From assembly GCA_002633005.1 (NCBI GenBank), contig NMRA01000002.1, forward strand, positions 264,044-328,043: a DNA stretch of 64,000 nt. The letters run 5' to 3'. Shown here one piece after another: positions 48,852 through 63,439 of the stretch (within the stretch, counting starts at the first letter, position 1; the number at the start of each line of letters is the position of its first letter). The DNA comes from Phoronis australis. Taxonomy: Eukaryota; Animalia; Phoronida. The notes under the pieces are model-generated. The model did not search any database and was not told the DNA's origin. It worked only from the letters and a program-made list of their open reading frames with translations. Position numbers and translations under genes: made by a program.

Positions 48852-50794
48852 GGTCTGTTTATTGATATTTGGTTTCAATGTTTGAGACAGTCTTTTGTTA
48901 TGTAGTGGGCTCCACTGTATCTTGGTGGGGTACACCCCTTGGTTATCAAGTAGTCAATGAATTGTGTTCTAAAAAGTCCTTCGTTTGTAAGGCATGTTTT
49001 CCAAATGAGACATTATGGTCTGCTGTGCACGGTTTGTTGTTTAGAATCACTAAAAACAAAGTTTGTGTATATGACATTTATTTGCGTGGCCACTTCCTTC
49101 GTTTCAATTGATTCTGACTGTTCCATCACCTGTACTTGGGAATGCTAACTTGTCTTATGTATTCCACCCCAAAACACGAACCAAAACAATAGTCTACAAA
49201 GGTGGCGATGTTGCATGGGGCTTAAGTGTTTATTTAAAAGTGCTTAATTAATTTGTTTTGGTATCCTTCAGTTCCATTATTGCATATGTAATATACAACT
49301 TCTGTTATGTGTGTAGATAATATTTTAGGTTTAAATACACGGTTGGTTACCTGCGAGGTAAACTAATCTGTTTTTGTTGTTTGTTTTTAGAAACTGCCAC
49401 CAGGTAATAGTTTCCAAAAAGCGCTTAGAGTACGTTCTTCTCAACAAGTTTTGCTCAAGTTTTGGAACAAAGAAGTTGGCTAATTTTCAAATAATTTATT
49501 GTCACCAATTGCCTGGTTTCTGTTTAGGTTTTGGCAAAACTTAGGTGAAGCTTTCACGACTTGATTTGTGAAAATTACCTGTAATTGTCATTAGATTTCT
49601 GCTGGTCACGGTGGTTGGGATTTCCTGACCATTTGAAGTCAGTGTTACTCTGTCTGTGTGACCGCTGTGTCATGGACTGTTGTTGATAGCCTCCCCAAGT
49701 TAACTGTTTACTGTGTTGTCAAGTCCTACACTGGTGCCAAGCAGGCTGTCTGGTCAGCACAAAGAAAGGACAGTGTTATTTACAGTTATTTACTCTACAA
49801 TCATGTTGACCTCACTTCAGGAGGTAAGGTTAGGCTTGTCAACATGGTTCCTGACTACTGTGTTGAAAACTTTGGCTATGGTGATTCTATGAAAACTTCA
49901 GTGTTCTATTTTTCAGTAAATGATGAAGTACCCTGCTGGGAACAGGACAGTGAAAGGGGGCGGAAATATTTAGTTCATTACAGGGGTGACACCATTTAAA
50001 TAATTCAACTTGTGATTTGTCCAATAATCAGTGACATTTTTGAAAGTGTACAAACTTTTGGGAAGATTAATGACTAGAGAACCCTCTAAAATTTAGAATT
50101 TCTTTAAAAGTGCCTTTGGATATCTCATCTATGGGAAAGAACAAAGAATATTTTTGGAAGTACCCTTTCTGGGGGAGGGAGATTGTCTGCCAAAAGAGCA
50201 TGTTCTTTAAGGTGTTGAAAAAGTCAGTAATATTGAAGGATTCCTTTATCTGTGCCGTTCCCATGAATTTTGAAATCCCAGGAAGATTTCCACCAATGAT
50301 CGTGACCCCAAAGAACTCATGAAAAATGGAAATTTATGTTGTCCCTATTGGCAGTCACTGACACTACACAGTCTGTGTAGTACAAGACATGCGCCAGCAA
50401 CAGTAGTTTTATGATTCAGATAATGACCCTGTTCCCTTCAGTATTCAGCAAATTTTGATGGTACTCAGAATCCCAGCAACTTCGTGTACTGATGCAAAAA
50501 ATTTAATATTAAAAATTAGCTTGAAAAATACACACAATTACATCCACCAATGTTCTCATTGGAACTATACTATTTAGACTGGTTTGTTGAAGTTGTAGTA
50601 TATGGAATTGTTATACTTGTAATAAGTGCTAATGGATGTAATTCCTGACTTGTCTTTTGTACTACTATTGGGCAATAATGGGATATAATGTATTGGTTGG
50701 TGTTAACACCCAAGGTTATAAAATTTGGAAACTCAACGAATCAGGGGATGAGTTTTAAGCCGAGTATGTGTGTTGAGAGACTGCTAGCATCCGT

Positions 50795-51230
50795 GCCACT
50801 CGTGTGAACTTTGCTCCTCGTGTGAACCCATTATATGTCCTCTCAGTGGTGGATGCAACTCGTGTGAACCATTATATGTCCTCTCAATGGTGGATGCAAC
50901 TCGTGTGAACCATTATATGTCCTCTCAGTGGTGGATGCAACTCGTGTGAACCATTACATGTCCTCTCAGTGGTGGATGCAACTCGTGTGAACCATTATAT
51001 GTCCTCTCAGTGGTGGATGCAACTCGTGTGAACCATTATATGTCCTCTCAGTGGTGGAAGCCACTCCTGTGAACCTATTATTATATTTCTTCTCAGTTGT
51101 GGATGCCACTCGTGTGAACCTATTATATTTCCTCTCAGTGGTGAATGCCATTCGTGTGAACCATTATATGTCCTCTCAGTGGTGGATGCCACTAGTGTGA
51201 ACCATTATATGTCCTCGTAGTGGTGGATGC
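50795..51230 (+). repeat. 41-bp minisatellite, ~10 copies
   Basis: The unit is gtggtggatgcaactcgtgtgaaccattatatgtcctctca, with more divergence toward the right end. Confidence 0.95.
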
Positions 51231-53299
51231 TCTCCTGGGACACCATGTCTTCTGTGGAAATGAGAGTATTATGTGGACTGAGTAATCTTTTTGTTTCAGT
51301 AGTATTGTTATGACTGTATGAAATGTTGACATAGAGATAAGGTCAACCCTTGTCTATGGATTGTCTTTGCAAATACTGTTGTAGATATCTCATTTGGTTG
51401 CTACTGTTGGTGGGTAAAATGAACGAAATATTAGCGTGGGGTTGTCAGTAAACGTAAAGTGGTTTTCGTGGTGTTCTTGTCGATTTTGCTTTCTTTTGAT
51501 GTGGAGTAATTCATTATTTCAATATCGTTGTCGATGGATAAATGTGAGATACCTTTGCAACATATCTGCTACTATTAGAATGTATCCTGCCCAAAGCTCA
51601 ATTCCTAAATATTCCTAGTTGCCTGACATCATTTTTATTCACAATTGGTGCAAGTGTAAAATGGTTGTTTTTTTTCATTGTTATACAAACTTCATTCAAT
51701 CGAAGTTCTGGTTGTCTTAAAAAGTGAGTTATTTTCATTACTGACACTGGGTACGTGCTCAACTGAGTGATTGCACTTGACATTATCATCTTTGTCTTAA
51801 TTAAAACGTAAGACAGCAAATCTGTTTGTTGGTTTTGTCTTGTATTGTCGGGAGATCATAATCTTTTCTTGTTATTTCGAAATGTCCAACCAAAAGCTGC
51901 CCTCTCATCTGATTAAGCCTTGAATCTATTTAGGAGGTGCTTAATTGACAGTATCCATGGTAAAACCTAGTGTTTTTATTGCCAATAGCTGTTGTGATAG
52001 AAAGCAGTGCATTAGAATATTGTAAATAAATTTCCTCAAAGAGAATAGCAAATACCATTGATGTGATTGAGATTAGGCTATTTTGAATGCATATTGGCTC
52101 AGTCGCATAATACCATTGAGATAAAAATAGATTTCAAATATTTTCTCAGCAAATGTGTGAAGTGCGAAAAGTGTGTTGAGTTTAATTTGGGAATAATCGT
52201 AATAACAGTGACTTGCAGTCAGAAAATGTGCGCGGTGTTTATGAAGTGTTACTTTTTTATAGAAATGAAAGGAAGCATCACTACTTTGAATTTGTAACTG
52301 AAGGTCTTTGGAAGACTTCTGTGACGGAAAGCCATGTATTTCCCCTACCCATGTCCCTATTTTTCTGCTTGATGTGGAAGACTTCCGTTTTTCTTGCAGA
52401 AAACGAAACGGTGTGACCTTTTTCTTCTTGGATTTGAACCCTAGGGAGCTGATCTGCTTATTCACACCTGGTTGCCAACGGTAACTGACTGAAATTGTTT
52501 TATACCTGGCACCCCAGCTGGGAGCACTCCTAGTAATAAATATACTGTTTAGTCATTTTTGTTGCCTGGACAGATGGCTTTGAATTCACCGTGGGCAATG
52601 TTCAATTGATCGTCCAGATGTTTTGCCGCTGTTATACGTAACATATTACATGTTGGTTTAAAACACACAGTTTATTTATTTCCCTGCTTTACGTACATTT
52701 TGCCTATAGCAATACTAGCGGACGTCTCATAACATTATCACTGACGATGTAATGTAAAAGGACCCGAGAAAAATGTCCGAATTTGGCAAACTTCAGAATA
52801 TCGTATCTCAGTAATGGCCTAGCGGATTCATATGAAAACTTTCAGATACTATGCGCAGTTCTCCTTAACGCTGATATATATGTCTGCATGACTGGCTATC
52901 AAAAATAGCACTTTTGGGATTTTAATTAAAAAATCAAAGAGTTGCATAAAACGAAACGATTGTTTTGGAAACTGTAAGAATGCTATTGAGATTTCATCTT
53001 GAATGTTTGTATTAAATGAAATATTGGTCATATTATTGATACCATTGTTTTGCTATCAATGTACTTTTCTTTTGCTAAATTTTAATAAAGACATGAGTCA
53101 CATAGCCGAATCAGTGGCAGACTGGTAAAAGGTCAAAAGTCAAATTCTGTAGGTTTTCTGCTTCCAAAATATATGTACTTTTACTTAATTAAAGTCTATA
53201 TTTTACTAGATATCGTACATAGCCTTACAGATTTTAAGAAACGTGGTTATGAGATCATTTGCTTTCAGTAAACCTTGAATAATGTTTCTTGTCATAATA

Positions 53300-53590
53300 A
53301 TGGAGATCTTGGATTCAGAAGTCAGGGAAGAGAGGTGTGGCCACCAGGTGTCTCCCAGGGCTAGGTTTCTTGGCGACCTAGATGATGTCTCTGTTTCACT
53401 TTTTCATGGTTACCCAGGCATTTCATTTGATTGGAGTGTAAAGGTGCAGTGGAATCCGCCTATCCTTTATCCATTGAAGAAGAATGTTGCAGTTCTGAGT
53501 TCTAACCTATGTATTTTCTCTTGGGATTTCCTATTTTGTGATTCACTTCCAGGGTTGTGTCGCCTAGAGAGGGCAGAGTTATGGTTGTAA
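53300..53590 (-). mobile_element. Possible decayed RTE-type LINE 3' end
   Basis: Broken minus-strand frames give RRIPLHLY...VAKK..GRHLVA, loosely like RTE ORF2 C-termini. There are many stops. Confidence 0.25.
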
Positions 53591-56500
53591 TTAGTGGAAT
53601 TGATCTAACACGAATTATAATTGATTGTCGTCATCAGTCTATAACCAGCGCGTTGTTTCACCTCTTTGCCTGATTACTAATTGTAGTAGCAATTACATCT
53701 AGGCTAGTATTAATTATTGATTTGAGTATTGCAGGCACTTGTCGACAAATGATATTCTGACATGCGTTATATTTTTGTTGTTCAACAACTCTCACCTAAA
53801 AGAAAGAGTTCATCTAGGTGAGATTAGCTTTGATCTTTTTGTCCTGTTGGACTAAACAAGTTTCAACAGCGAGAATTTTTCAATTTGAGAAACAACGAAG
53901 CAGAAGGCTGATTCGAGGTACCTAAACTTCTTGTAATTTGCGTGGCTTGGGGCTGCGTGTACGTTATCTCGCGTACGCTATTCCCCCTCTTGCATTCACA
54001 ACTTCCCCTTTTCCAGTCCACTTTTTCCGTCTCACTGACATTTCTTTGCTCACGGATTGAACAACCCTGAGTTTAATGTGAGATAGGACAATTTTGTAAG
54101 GAGGCAAGGAAATCTGTGTGACTTGAGATTTTTATTTCTTCACATTTCTCAACAAAATCTTTAAAAACAGCTCTGTTTTGTCATTGCCATGGTTTTCACT
54201 GGACACCTCATGAAACAGCGTTTAAAATAAGCCTTTGAAATAGTGAAATGGTGGTTTGAGCAATAGGAAACATTCTTCATCAACTGTTGAGGCAGCATTT
54301 TCTCATTTTTCAGTCTAGTTACATCTGGAGATTGAGTGCTACTTTTTTATGGACATTATTACAAAAGTTAATCGAGAACACAGTGGTCTTTCCTTTGGGT
54401 CTTCGTTGAACATCGCACTTAGTGTTAATCCTGGTGAGAACAATGCATGCCAAAGTTATTTTGACCTTCTTCTGTCTTCCCATTGCAAAAATGTAACGCT
54501 GTTTATCACAGAGCCCTACATCACTTCCACCCCTAGTGGCCCCCCACAAATGATGCCTCAGGTGGCCAAAACTAACTGTGATGAGAATTTTTTTAATCGG
54601 TGGAGGGTATTTTTACACCTTATGAGGGTAATTTTGTGTTTTTTAGTATTTCCGCACAATGTGTGTGTAGACTTCAGCCACACACGCTAGCCGGAGCGTA
54701 ATCTGTTGAGTGATAGTCACCGGAATTACTCCATTTCACTGGAACAATTCTTCAATTTTCAAGCGAATTGATTCAAAGATTAGGATTTGCTGTGCTAAAG
54801 CTCTTTGCCTAATGGATCTATTGAGTAGCGCGCCATGATTCAGCGAACAGACTTCAGACACGCCATTTACAGAGATTCACTCCCTTGTAGATACCTTGTA
54901 AGGGTTCATTTGTGAAATGTACTGCTGAAAACCTCGTACGCATATTTGTGTTGCAGGAAACGGGTTGTTTAGACCAGGGGTTGTCGGGGAATATAAGACA
55001 AAATTTTACTCATGATCTAACTAATGCACTGGTGTGGCGTGAAACAAAAGTTTTCCGCTTGACGAGGAAGGTGTTGGTTGAACCTTGGTGCACATCACGA
55101 AGTGGCACTTTACGATCTGTTTTGTGAAATTCCATTCCTTTAAGAGTTAATATAGTGAAAAAAAAATCAGGTAGACATCTGGTGGTCATCAACGAATTTT
55201 CAAATACCAAACTGTCATTCAGTTGATATTTCAAGACATCTGGTTTCTCTGTTTTCTAAACTGAGGATATAGCTCTTGTTAACACCTGGGTTGTATATTG
55301 GATTATAAAGTGTAAAAAGGCTCAATTAACAGTGCCAAACACAGACATCTTAGCAGGTAAACATGAGGGCATAGATATTTTGGTTGTTAGGTTTTCTAGA
55401 TTAGTTTTATCTGTCCGGGCACGGCATAAGGATTACCCCATTTTATTGGCTTGCTCATTTATTTTTAATGTCACCTGTGGAGAATCACCTGCGATAAGAC
55501 CTGCTGAATGACTCTGGGTGTCAGATAGTCCCTACGATAGTGTTATCGGGCTTGCTCGGATTAGGGACATCAGTGCAATTTCCTGCTACCTTTGGGTTCT
55601 TGACAGTTTCAGATAAAACATGGTGTATTATGCGATCATTTGTTTTTGCAGTCAGCTTTTTGGCGTGACGGGATATAGGATCTTGATGACCTTAGGTGTC
55701 TTTGATTTCACGTTTGAGTGAAGTGGCACTGATTTTCAATGATTACTGTTCTTATCTTAAGCTGTGTTCAGAACAACTCAGGGGGTTGTAACTCTATCTA
55801 TAGTTGTAATTATTATGTAATTGTTAACTTCACGCCAGCAGTTAAAACTGTTGTTATTCTAGTTGGTTGTTTTTGTCTCTTGGCTAGGTGTTATGGCTTT
55901 CGGATTCGCCCCAGTTGGTATCTAGTAAGTGTGCCATTGTTTCGAAAGATATTTGACAGCAGTGCCACCTACTTGAGTTATAACTTTTATAACTGCCATG
56001 TTCACACCAGGTTGCAACAGTTATAACCTCTGGCTTATATATCCTGGTGGATTGTTATGACTGCGCTGCGGTTACAACTTTTAAACCCGATTTTAAGGTG
56101 TTCAAGCCGACATTTATAGTAACATTTAAATGTGGTTTACAGTGATAACTGCTTTGGCGACATTGTCTCCTGGACATTTACTTTAGGCTTGAAATTTTAA
56201 TTGAATCGACAAACCATGTAGGTCATGAATAATTTTCCCCACAGTGTTTAATCCACTGAAATTTGGTGGCAAATTCGTGCCCCATGCAAAAAATAGTCTA
56301 ATAAAATTTTGCTTCAAAAATTGCATGTGATTAATTCCACATGGGAACAACACTAATGAGTCGTTTTGCTGCCATATTGAATTGTTTGTACACAACCCAT
56401 TTAGTTTGAACTAATTAACGTGACATTAGCAGGCAAAGAAGTGGTTTTCTGAGATCACCTTCAGCACACAATCTAACTCAACCCCAGCAGTGTCAGTCAC

Positions 56501-56793
56501 TGGTAGATGCCGACCTTGTTTTCAGTGACTTGCTGACAAACAAATGCGAAAATCCCTGATTTGTAATTATTACAAAAAATGAATTTGTCTTACTGCTCTG
56601 ATCAAAGCTAACAAATTCAAGATGTCTGTCCTATCCAACGGTAATCCCTAAAGTGCGTTTTTCTGTCGTAAAACCCTATTTTGTTCTTTTAAGTAAAGAC
56701 CTTATGACTAGAAGCATGAATGTGCAGTTAATACAGTTTTAAAAGCAGTGTTTTGTCGTTATTTTGACACGTTGCACTCTTTCTCTGTTCCAG

Positions 56794-56972
56794 CCATGGG
56801 ATTACTCTGCTACTGTGAACCTTGTCACGACAATTTAGTAACCAACAAGACATGTCGAGCCAAGCCTAACACCCGGTGTTTCACGTCGGTGGCGCAGAAA
56901 GAGGTCGGAGGTCAGCTGATTGAGAACTGGTCATGGGGATGCCTGTCTGATGACCAGAGTAGCACTATGACG
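56794..56972 (+). CDS. BMPR1: BMP type I receptor exon 2 (ligand-binding three-finger domain, first part)
   Basis: ttccag/gtatgt splice sites bound AMGLLCYCEPCHDNLVTNKTCRAKPNTRCFTSVAQKEVGGQLIENWSWGCLSDDQSSTMT, which has the CxC..C..C..CF..GCL pattern. Confidence 0.93.
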
Positions 56973-58831
56973 GTATGTATGATGGTCAGGGATATTGTAG
57001 CCAGTGGTCAGTGGGATTATTGACTATGGTAAAGAGACCAGTGTATTACTATCTTCGCTAAATGGTCGACTTGATATTCCCCATGTGGTGGTAATGAATA
57101 AAGATGTCTCTTTTTGACATCTGAATAGGTCGCGAGAAGCAAGCAGTCGATCAGCATTGGAGCATTCCTGTTATCAGTGGTCTAGACATTTTTATGGCAA
57201 GGTCCCGTGCATCACTAGTGACACCTAGTGACTGAGTTCTCCATTATGCGACCAAGATGAGAATTTTTCGTATTTCGCTACCCAGTGTTGGGTCAGTAAA
57301 GCAAAGTGTCGTGCGAGTTTATTGGACGGGGTGGTTCGATGAGACGCATTTGCTTTGTGTTTGGCAACGTCCTGCCAGATCTAGTGTAGCGAAGATCTCA
57401 GATGTGTTGGAAGTTGAAAGCATGGTACTGTCTTAAACAAACACCAGCTTGGACATATCGCCACTGATTGTAATTGCTCAGTCTTAAATTATAGCCAGTA
57501 AATGGCTCACAAACATTCGTTGTGCTCACCACTTTTGATGTTGCCAGTAATGAGTATACTGTCTGTATTAATGAATCCACCGTCTCTTAATACTTTCTAG
57601 CACTTTCTGGGCTTAACTCCAATCTCTCTATATTATATTTTTTCGCAAGAAACATAAAAATATCCGCCGTCTGTTTCACATGGCAACATGCCATTCGTGT
57701 TCGCTAAAAGGTAAACGCCTTTTGAATTGACAATTTCTTCTAATTGAATTAAACACGGAATGCTTAACAACACTTTATTATCTGCGAATGCTGTGTCTAT
57801 TAGCTGTGTGCGTCAGATTGACGCGTGCGTATAATGTACCACGCTTTCAAAGGAAATGAACGCCATGTTCTGCGTTGCATATTTCTTGTACTTTCCTTAG
57901 ATATGGACACTGCGATGGTGACACTTGACAGGCTTAGTTACCACAGGGAGAGTCCTTACTAATGATTTATTCTGTCCTCGAAAAAGAATTTTCATGCAGA
58001 GATTTTAAATCATAATTTGTTCCCTTGTCTGTGGAAACTGCTAAAAATTGCGCAGTTTTTAGTTTTCATTAACAGATAACTCTGTTCTTCTTTAATTTTA
58101 TCACGATTGTATGACCTATAAATAACTGTTGTGCCAAATGATTTTCCCGCGCCACATGTTTTTACTTTATATCCAATCCAATTTCGCTAGTTGTACTGAT
58201 GTTTATGTACGACAGCCATTACAGTGTATTGCGTTCATTGACTGTTGTGGACCTTTCATAATGTCGACACGTTGATGTTTTGGGGATTGTCGGTTGGTAT
58301 GAAAGATCAGCTTCCATCTTGGATAGAACTTAAGAGTCCTCGTTAACTTCGCAGTAAACAAGCAGTTTAACAACAGAGTGTGGTCGCTTGGATGGCAGTA
58401 TCCTGAAAAGTTTAAGTCATCAAATTTTTGGCAATAATGGCGGCTACTTTTGTAGTACTGGATATTTTTGAAATATTGCACTTTTAGCTTTCCTTTTCAT
58501 TTATTTTGCGATCTGAAAAATTCAACTACAGTTCGCAGTTTATACTAACACTTCTCAAGTACAGGAGTTGTTATGAAACGGCCTTTAGAGTTTGATTTGA
58601 AAAGCAGTCATTGGAAGCCGGGATCATGATCACCACCAGACATCTCATACAAAATCATTTGTAGACAGTCGACATAGTCTAGATTACAAGTTTTGTTTAT
58701 GCATCAGATTCATATATTGTTCTTTCTTTGTCTCTTTGTCGGTCTGTCTATTGTCTGTCTCTTGTCCCCTTTGTGTTCTTGTTGGGTTTCAAGCTGCAGT
58801 CATTGATCCTGTCTATGTTGTTTCCGCACAG

Positions 58832-58961
58832 TGCAATGGAGGAATCGACCTGGTGCCTCACACGAACCCCATCTCTGTGCTATGCTGCAACGACAACGAC
58901 CTCTGTAACTACAATCTATTTCCCACCTTCCCACCAGAGGTCACTAGCACTATGCCAACAG
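58832..58961 (+). CDS. BMPR1: BMP type I receptor exon 3 (cysteine box)
   Basis: cacag/gtaaga splice sites bound CNGGIDLVPHTNPISVLCCNDNDLCNYNLFPTFPPEVTSTMPT. The CCx5CN box and the LVPHxNPxSxxCC motif are typical of thickveins/ALK3-6-type receptors. Confidence 0.95.
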
Positions 58962-60859
58962 GTAAGATGCCTGCAGTGTTATGGTAAATGCTTTTCGACT
59001 TAGCACACACTGTAATGGGAGTTTCATTTTGTCAAATTTCTCAACAAAGTTGTCTGCCTTAAAAAAAAAAGAAATATTTTGGCAATTGTTTTTTGTGCAA
59101 AATTGAAGATTACCTTTACTATGCTTCGAAACTTTCTTGACAACACTTTGTAATTATGAATTAAATTTCGGCATTGGTTTCAGTCTCAAATATGTTGAGC
59201 CTCGAATATGAATGAATTGCTATTGAACATTCTCATAGGTGAATGGCGAGCAGTTATCATTGTTCGTCATCCATATGGGGATGTGTTCTCTTGAAGTTCG
59301 TATGCCCACGGTAGTACTGCTGGCTTTAATTCCCCTTGGTCTTCGCTTTTGTCTTCACCTAACTCCACCAATGTAGACAACTGTAGAAAGTAATAAAACA
59401 AAAATAATACAGATGAAAAATAAACAATGAAATAAATAGATAAAAAGCAAAAATAAAAAGCTAGTCCTGTTGTCTAATGTCCATCACCTGTCAGTGTTGA
59501 AAACATTGAAAACATTCAGAAAAGTCTTGCCACGTTTTGCTGATGAGTAAATTAGTTTCATCAATCCAAGGTCACCTTGAAGATTTAGTCTCAATTGACC
59601 TTTCCACTTATAGGGAATCGTGGGATGTACACGTTCCTTGCCATCTGTTGGCTTGAAGTGTTGGTGTGCGTTCTCTGGTTTCATTCGTTGGTTTCCAAAT
59701 GTTATTCATTGACCACAGATGGCGCTTTTTGTGTCTAAGGTAAAAATTCTTCAATTTGGGACAAAAGTAATTGCTAATATTATCATACTTCTATTTTTCA
59801 GAGGCTTACCACATTGTTCAATCAAAAGTTTGGAATTTTACCAAATGTGGTTTGGTAATAGCTACACCATGCAAACCATGCTGGAAACAAACTAAATTTT
59901 TGTGAAAAGTTGCTTTTGTTGGGAAATTTGTCAGATATAAAAATTTCATTTGTCTGCCATACTGTGTCCCATATCAAAGAATTTTTACCGTAGTCGTGCC
60001 AATGCAAAGTTAGTAATATTGATTGTTGTTGAGCTTGAATCGTCTTTTCTACATTGATTTGTCGTCGTTGTGAAAGCCAACGTTTTTTGTATCTTTTGAT
60101 ATTCACGCTCGGCGAAATCCTGGTGCCAGCGTTGCTCTTAGCGCCCACAAGTGATCTAATCAATGGCAAGATGTAGGATAGTAATAATCAAACCTGCTTG
60201 AGGTTGTTTGACTTGGAACAGCAGAATAGAATTAATGCTTTGCGATTTTGCCAATTACACAAGCCATAGAGTGTCGATATAACGTGATTAAGGGCTGACG
60301 ATTATGTTTAGGCCTAATGATGCTTTCTGGGAGTACGCGTACCCACGGGGCGATCTAAATTAAGTTAACGCAAACTGTCGGGGGAGTGGTTTGTTTGTGG
60401 TATATGGACGTTGTGTCCATTACAACCAGCTAATTGGCTGGTCAATAAACCACAGTCGGATTAGAGCTCCCTCTGACATGATACGCCCCCAAGGACAGAG
60501 AAAATATGTTACTGAAATTGTACAGCAACATTGCGTAGGTGCTTATAAATAACTTACAATTACCTTATGGTACTTGGTTGTGTGAACTAGGTTTTATTTT
60601 ATCAACTGTATGGTTTTTCATGTGGTTGGGAAATTTAAAGCAACACTCTTCCCATTTGTGGTTAAACTCTCAGGAACTGAATAGTAACACAAACCAAATT
60701 ATATGAAAAGTCTTTGCAAATAGCTTGACCTGTCAACAGTATCAGAATTTATGGTTCTGTTTGATTCGCATTTCCATGTTTTAGCTGAAATTTGAGAGGC
60801 ACCATTAGCGACTCTTCACTCTCTTATTAAAACTGTGCCATGGTCTTCTTTCTTTGTAG

Positions 60860-60977
60860 TCATTGATCCACCGTCTGAGTACAAGTATCAAGAGAACATC
60901 ACACAGATAGCGCTACTGGTCTCAGTAACCAGCTGTCTCATCATTCTCATCATAACCATTGTGGTCGTATATCTCAG
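60860..60977 (+). CDS. BMPR1: BMP type I receptor exon 4 (transmembrane helix)
   Basis: ttgtag/gtgag splice sites, in phase, bound VIDPPSEYKYQENITQIALLVSVTSCLIILIITIVVVYLR. It is absent from the ORF track in this frame. Confidence 0.92.
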
Positions 60978-63439
60978 GTGAGAGCCGCTGCCCGTTTCAT
61001 AGATGTAATATGCCCGCAAAAACGCAGTCGCGTGAAATACCACCATGCAGTGGAGCAACGGAAGCACGTGATCAAACTAGCTATACTCACGAGAATTTTG
61101 CATCTACGCTACTCGGCCCAGGTTTTGATATCACTGAAATGTACGGGACGGAAGTAATTATTTAATTACAGTGTTCCCAGTGTGGGATGTACTTAGCAAG
61201 GGTAGAAGGCATGTGTTGTTAGGTTCACGAGACCGTGTGCATCTTTTTGCAACATCATCTTGCTTGACTAGCAAAGCACATGACCTCGATAGGTTCCAGT
61301 TGTGAGTTACCGGCATTGCGAAGTGTGCCCTAGGTTGTACAAAACTTCAATTTTTGGCTGGTAAAAAAGTTTTTAGCACATTTTATCGTAACAATAAAAT
61401 TTTCGTCCTCCGTAGTAGCGTGTTTGGCTTAAGTATACGGTAATTCTTCACTAACCTAGTGCGCAGTATGGCGAACCGCTGGAATTTTATTTTGTCAATG
61501 CTTTCAACAAAAACAAAATTAACAGTAAAGTATAATCTTCCTTCATAGCTTATTTATTCTGTGCGGAAACCCCAACATGGTACTTACAGAAATTTTGATT
61601 ATTTTGTAGCAAAGTAGTCAGCCTTTGAAGAATGGAAAAATCCTAATTTTGGCTTGTTTTTGTGCAAAATAATGGAAGAATTACTATAATGTTGCATTTC
61701 TCTTGTTGCTATACAATTGGCCTCCGCTACAAGGCTGTGTTGTATACCTCGGGGTATGGCACAAATAATATGTTGATACTGGGACGTCTTAAAAATGAAA
61801 TCAAAGCACAATTATTGACATGATATTGACTGCAATTTGTCACTTATTTAGCACACAATATGATAATCGAGTGAAGTTCTGTTTTATCAAACTTCTCTAA
61901 AAAGATTAAGAAAATTTAAGTACATTACTGGCATGATTTCTACTATCTAGATGTCACAAAGACGGGATTTAGTAAAGTTTTTAAAATTATCAGTTTTGAA
62001 GCGCTAGATAAGTGAAGATTGAAATAGAAAACACTGGTAAATGAGGGGAAAGGACAAGAATGCAAGACACAATTATAATAAGACGAACACTGAGTCCCAG
62101 GATATAATGTTATTCACATATTGACTTTCAAACTCCTTGGTTGTTCAGTTGAGGTTAGTTTGTCCATGACTGAGCAATGAAAAATACGCTCATTTGACTT
62201 TTCACGGTGGGATATTATCTGGTTTGGAAATAATGTCAAGATATCAGGAGTGGAATTTTGGAGATGAATGTTGCAGAGAGTTTACATATAGATAACGGGA
62301 AAAGGAATGAGTCGAATTTTCGTCTCGCTGATTTCATCAGTGGGAACCTGCGTGTCTACAGTATCCACGTGGAATTGGGAATGCGCGAGATGTAGAGATT
62401 TGCTTGATCGAATCCGATAAGGAGAAATCAACCATGCCAACTGCAAAAACCGGCGCATAGTTTTTAATTTTACTTTATTTAAGGTGAACACTATTTGAAA
62501 CTGAAAATTGTTACTCTTCGTGTTTCACACTGTCTGTTGATTGAAATTAACACTTTCTGAAACTATTTTAAATTGTTCAGGTTTTCGCTTGCAAAATATG
62601 GATTTTTAGCGTCAAAGTAACAGATTATGTGCTAAAGGGGTTGGCAGCCCTGCGTCTTATGATCAACTGAAGCTTGCACCAGTAAGCGCAGTCTGCCTGT
62701 CAAATATAGCCCCTTAGGTAGAATTGAGAGAGGCAATCAGTTGCTTGTTCATTGATAAATTAAGTAATTAAAAATTACGTTTGTGTAAAAGAACTAGCAA
62801 TTACATTCTGTCTAGTTCTAGACTTTTTTTAGCTTTGAGCTCCTCTTTTTCATGAAGAAATTAATTGATGTTCTGTGCACATTTCTCTCTCGTGCCAACT
62901 TTTGTTAACTGTCTGATTAAGATGTATTTTTTGAAAAATTTACCCTTTTTTGTTGAGATAATATATTTTTTGTTCATAAGACATTTTCTTCTCCTTAGTT
63001 GATGATATTTGCAATGCTGTTTTATTGTTGGCCTACTTTCAGTGTTGTTCACTTCAGTTATGTTTGTCACAATATTTCTGTTATCTTTGTATATGTCCTG
63101 ACCATCATCGCTTTTTTCTTCGTGTCCACTTAAAATGTTGTTAGGTGTAAATTTCATAGATTTGATACCCCTTGGGCAACTGACTAAAACTTGTGCGCCA
63201 CTCAAATGTTTAAGTTGCAATTTGACAATTTTTTATTCCTGAGTTTCGAAAACAAAATATTTTTATTTGAACTCGCCTAGACAACGAAAGGGAAGTAGTT
63301 GTTTAGTGACCTTCTTGTCCATCTGAGAGGAGTGAATATTTGCCAAGCAAAATGAGAAACACTTTAAGGATGGCCCCCAACTAAGAAACATTATACCTAT
63401 TGCTCATTTACGGTAAACATTCTTCTTTCAGGCAATATT

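Noticed and set aside
50795-51230. CRISPR-like array
   Set aside because: The units are contiguous tandem copies with no variable spacers, the context is a eukaryotic intron, and there are no cas genes.
29693-56395. Numerous 60-140-aa ORFs inside BMPR1 intron 1 as a nested gene
   Set aside because: They show no recognisable domains and no consistent splice-phase chain, and their lengths are compatible with chance or with repeat sequence.
59721-59736. Smad/BMP response element (GGCGCT...GTCT) suggesting autoregulation
   Set aside because: It does not fit GRCGNC-N5-GTCT: the sixth base is wrong and the spacer is 6 nt.
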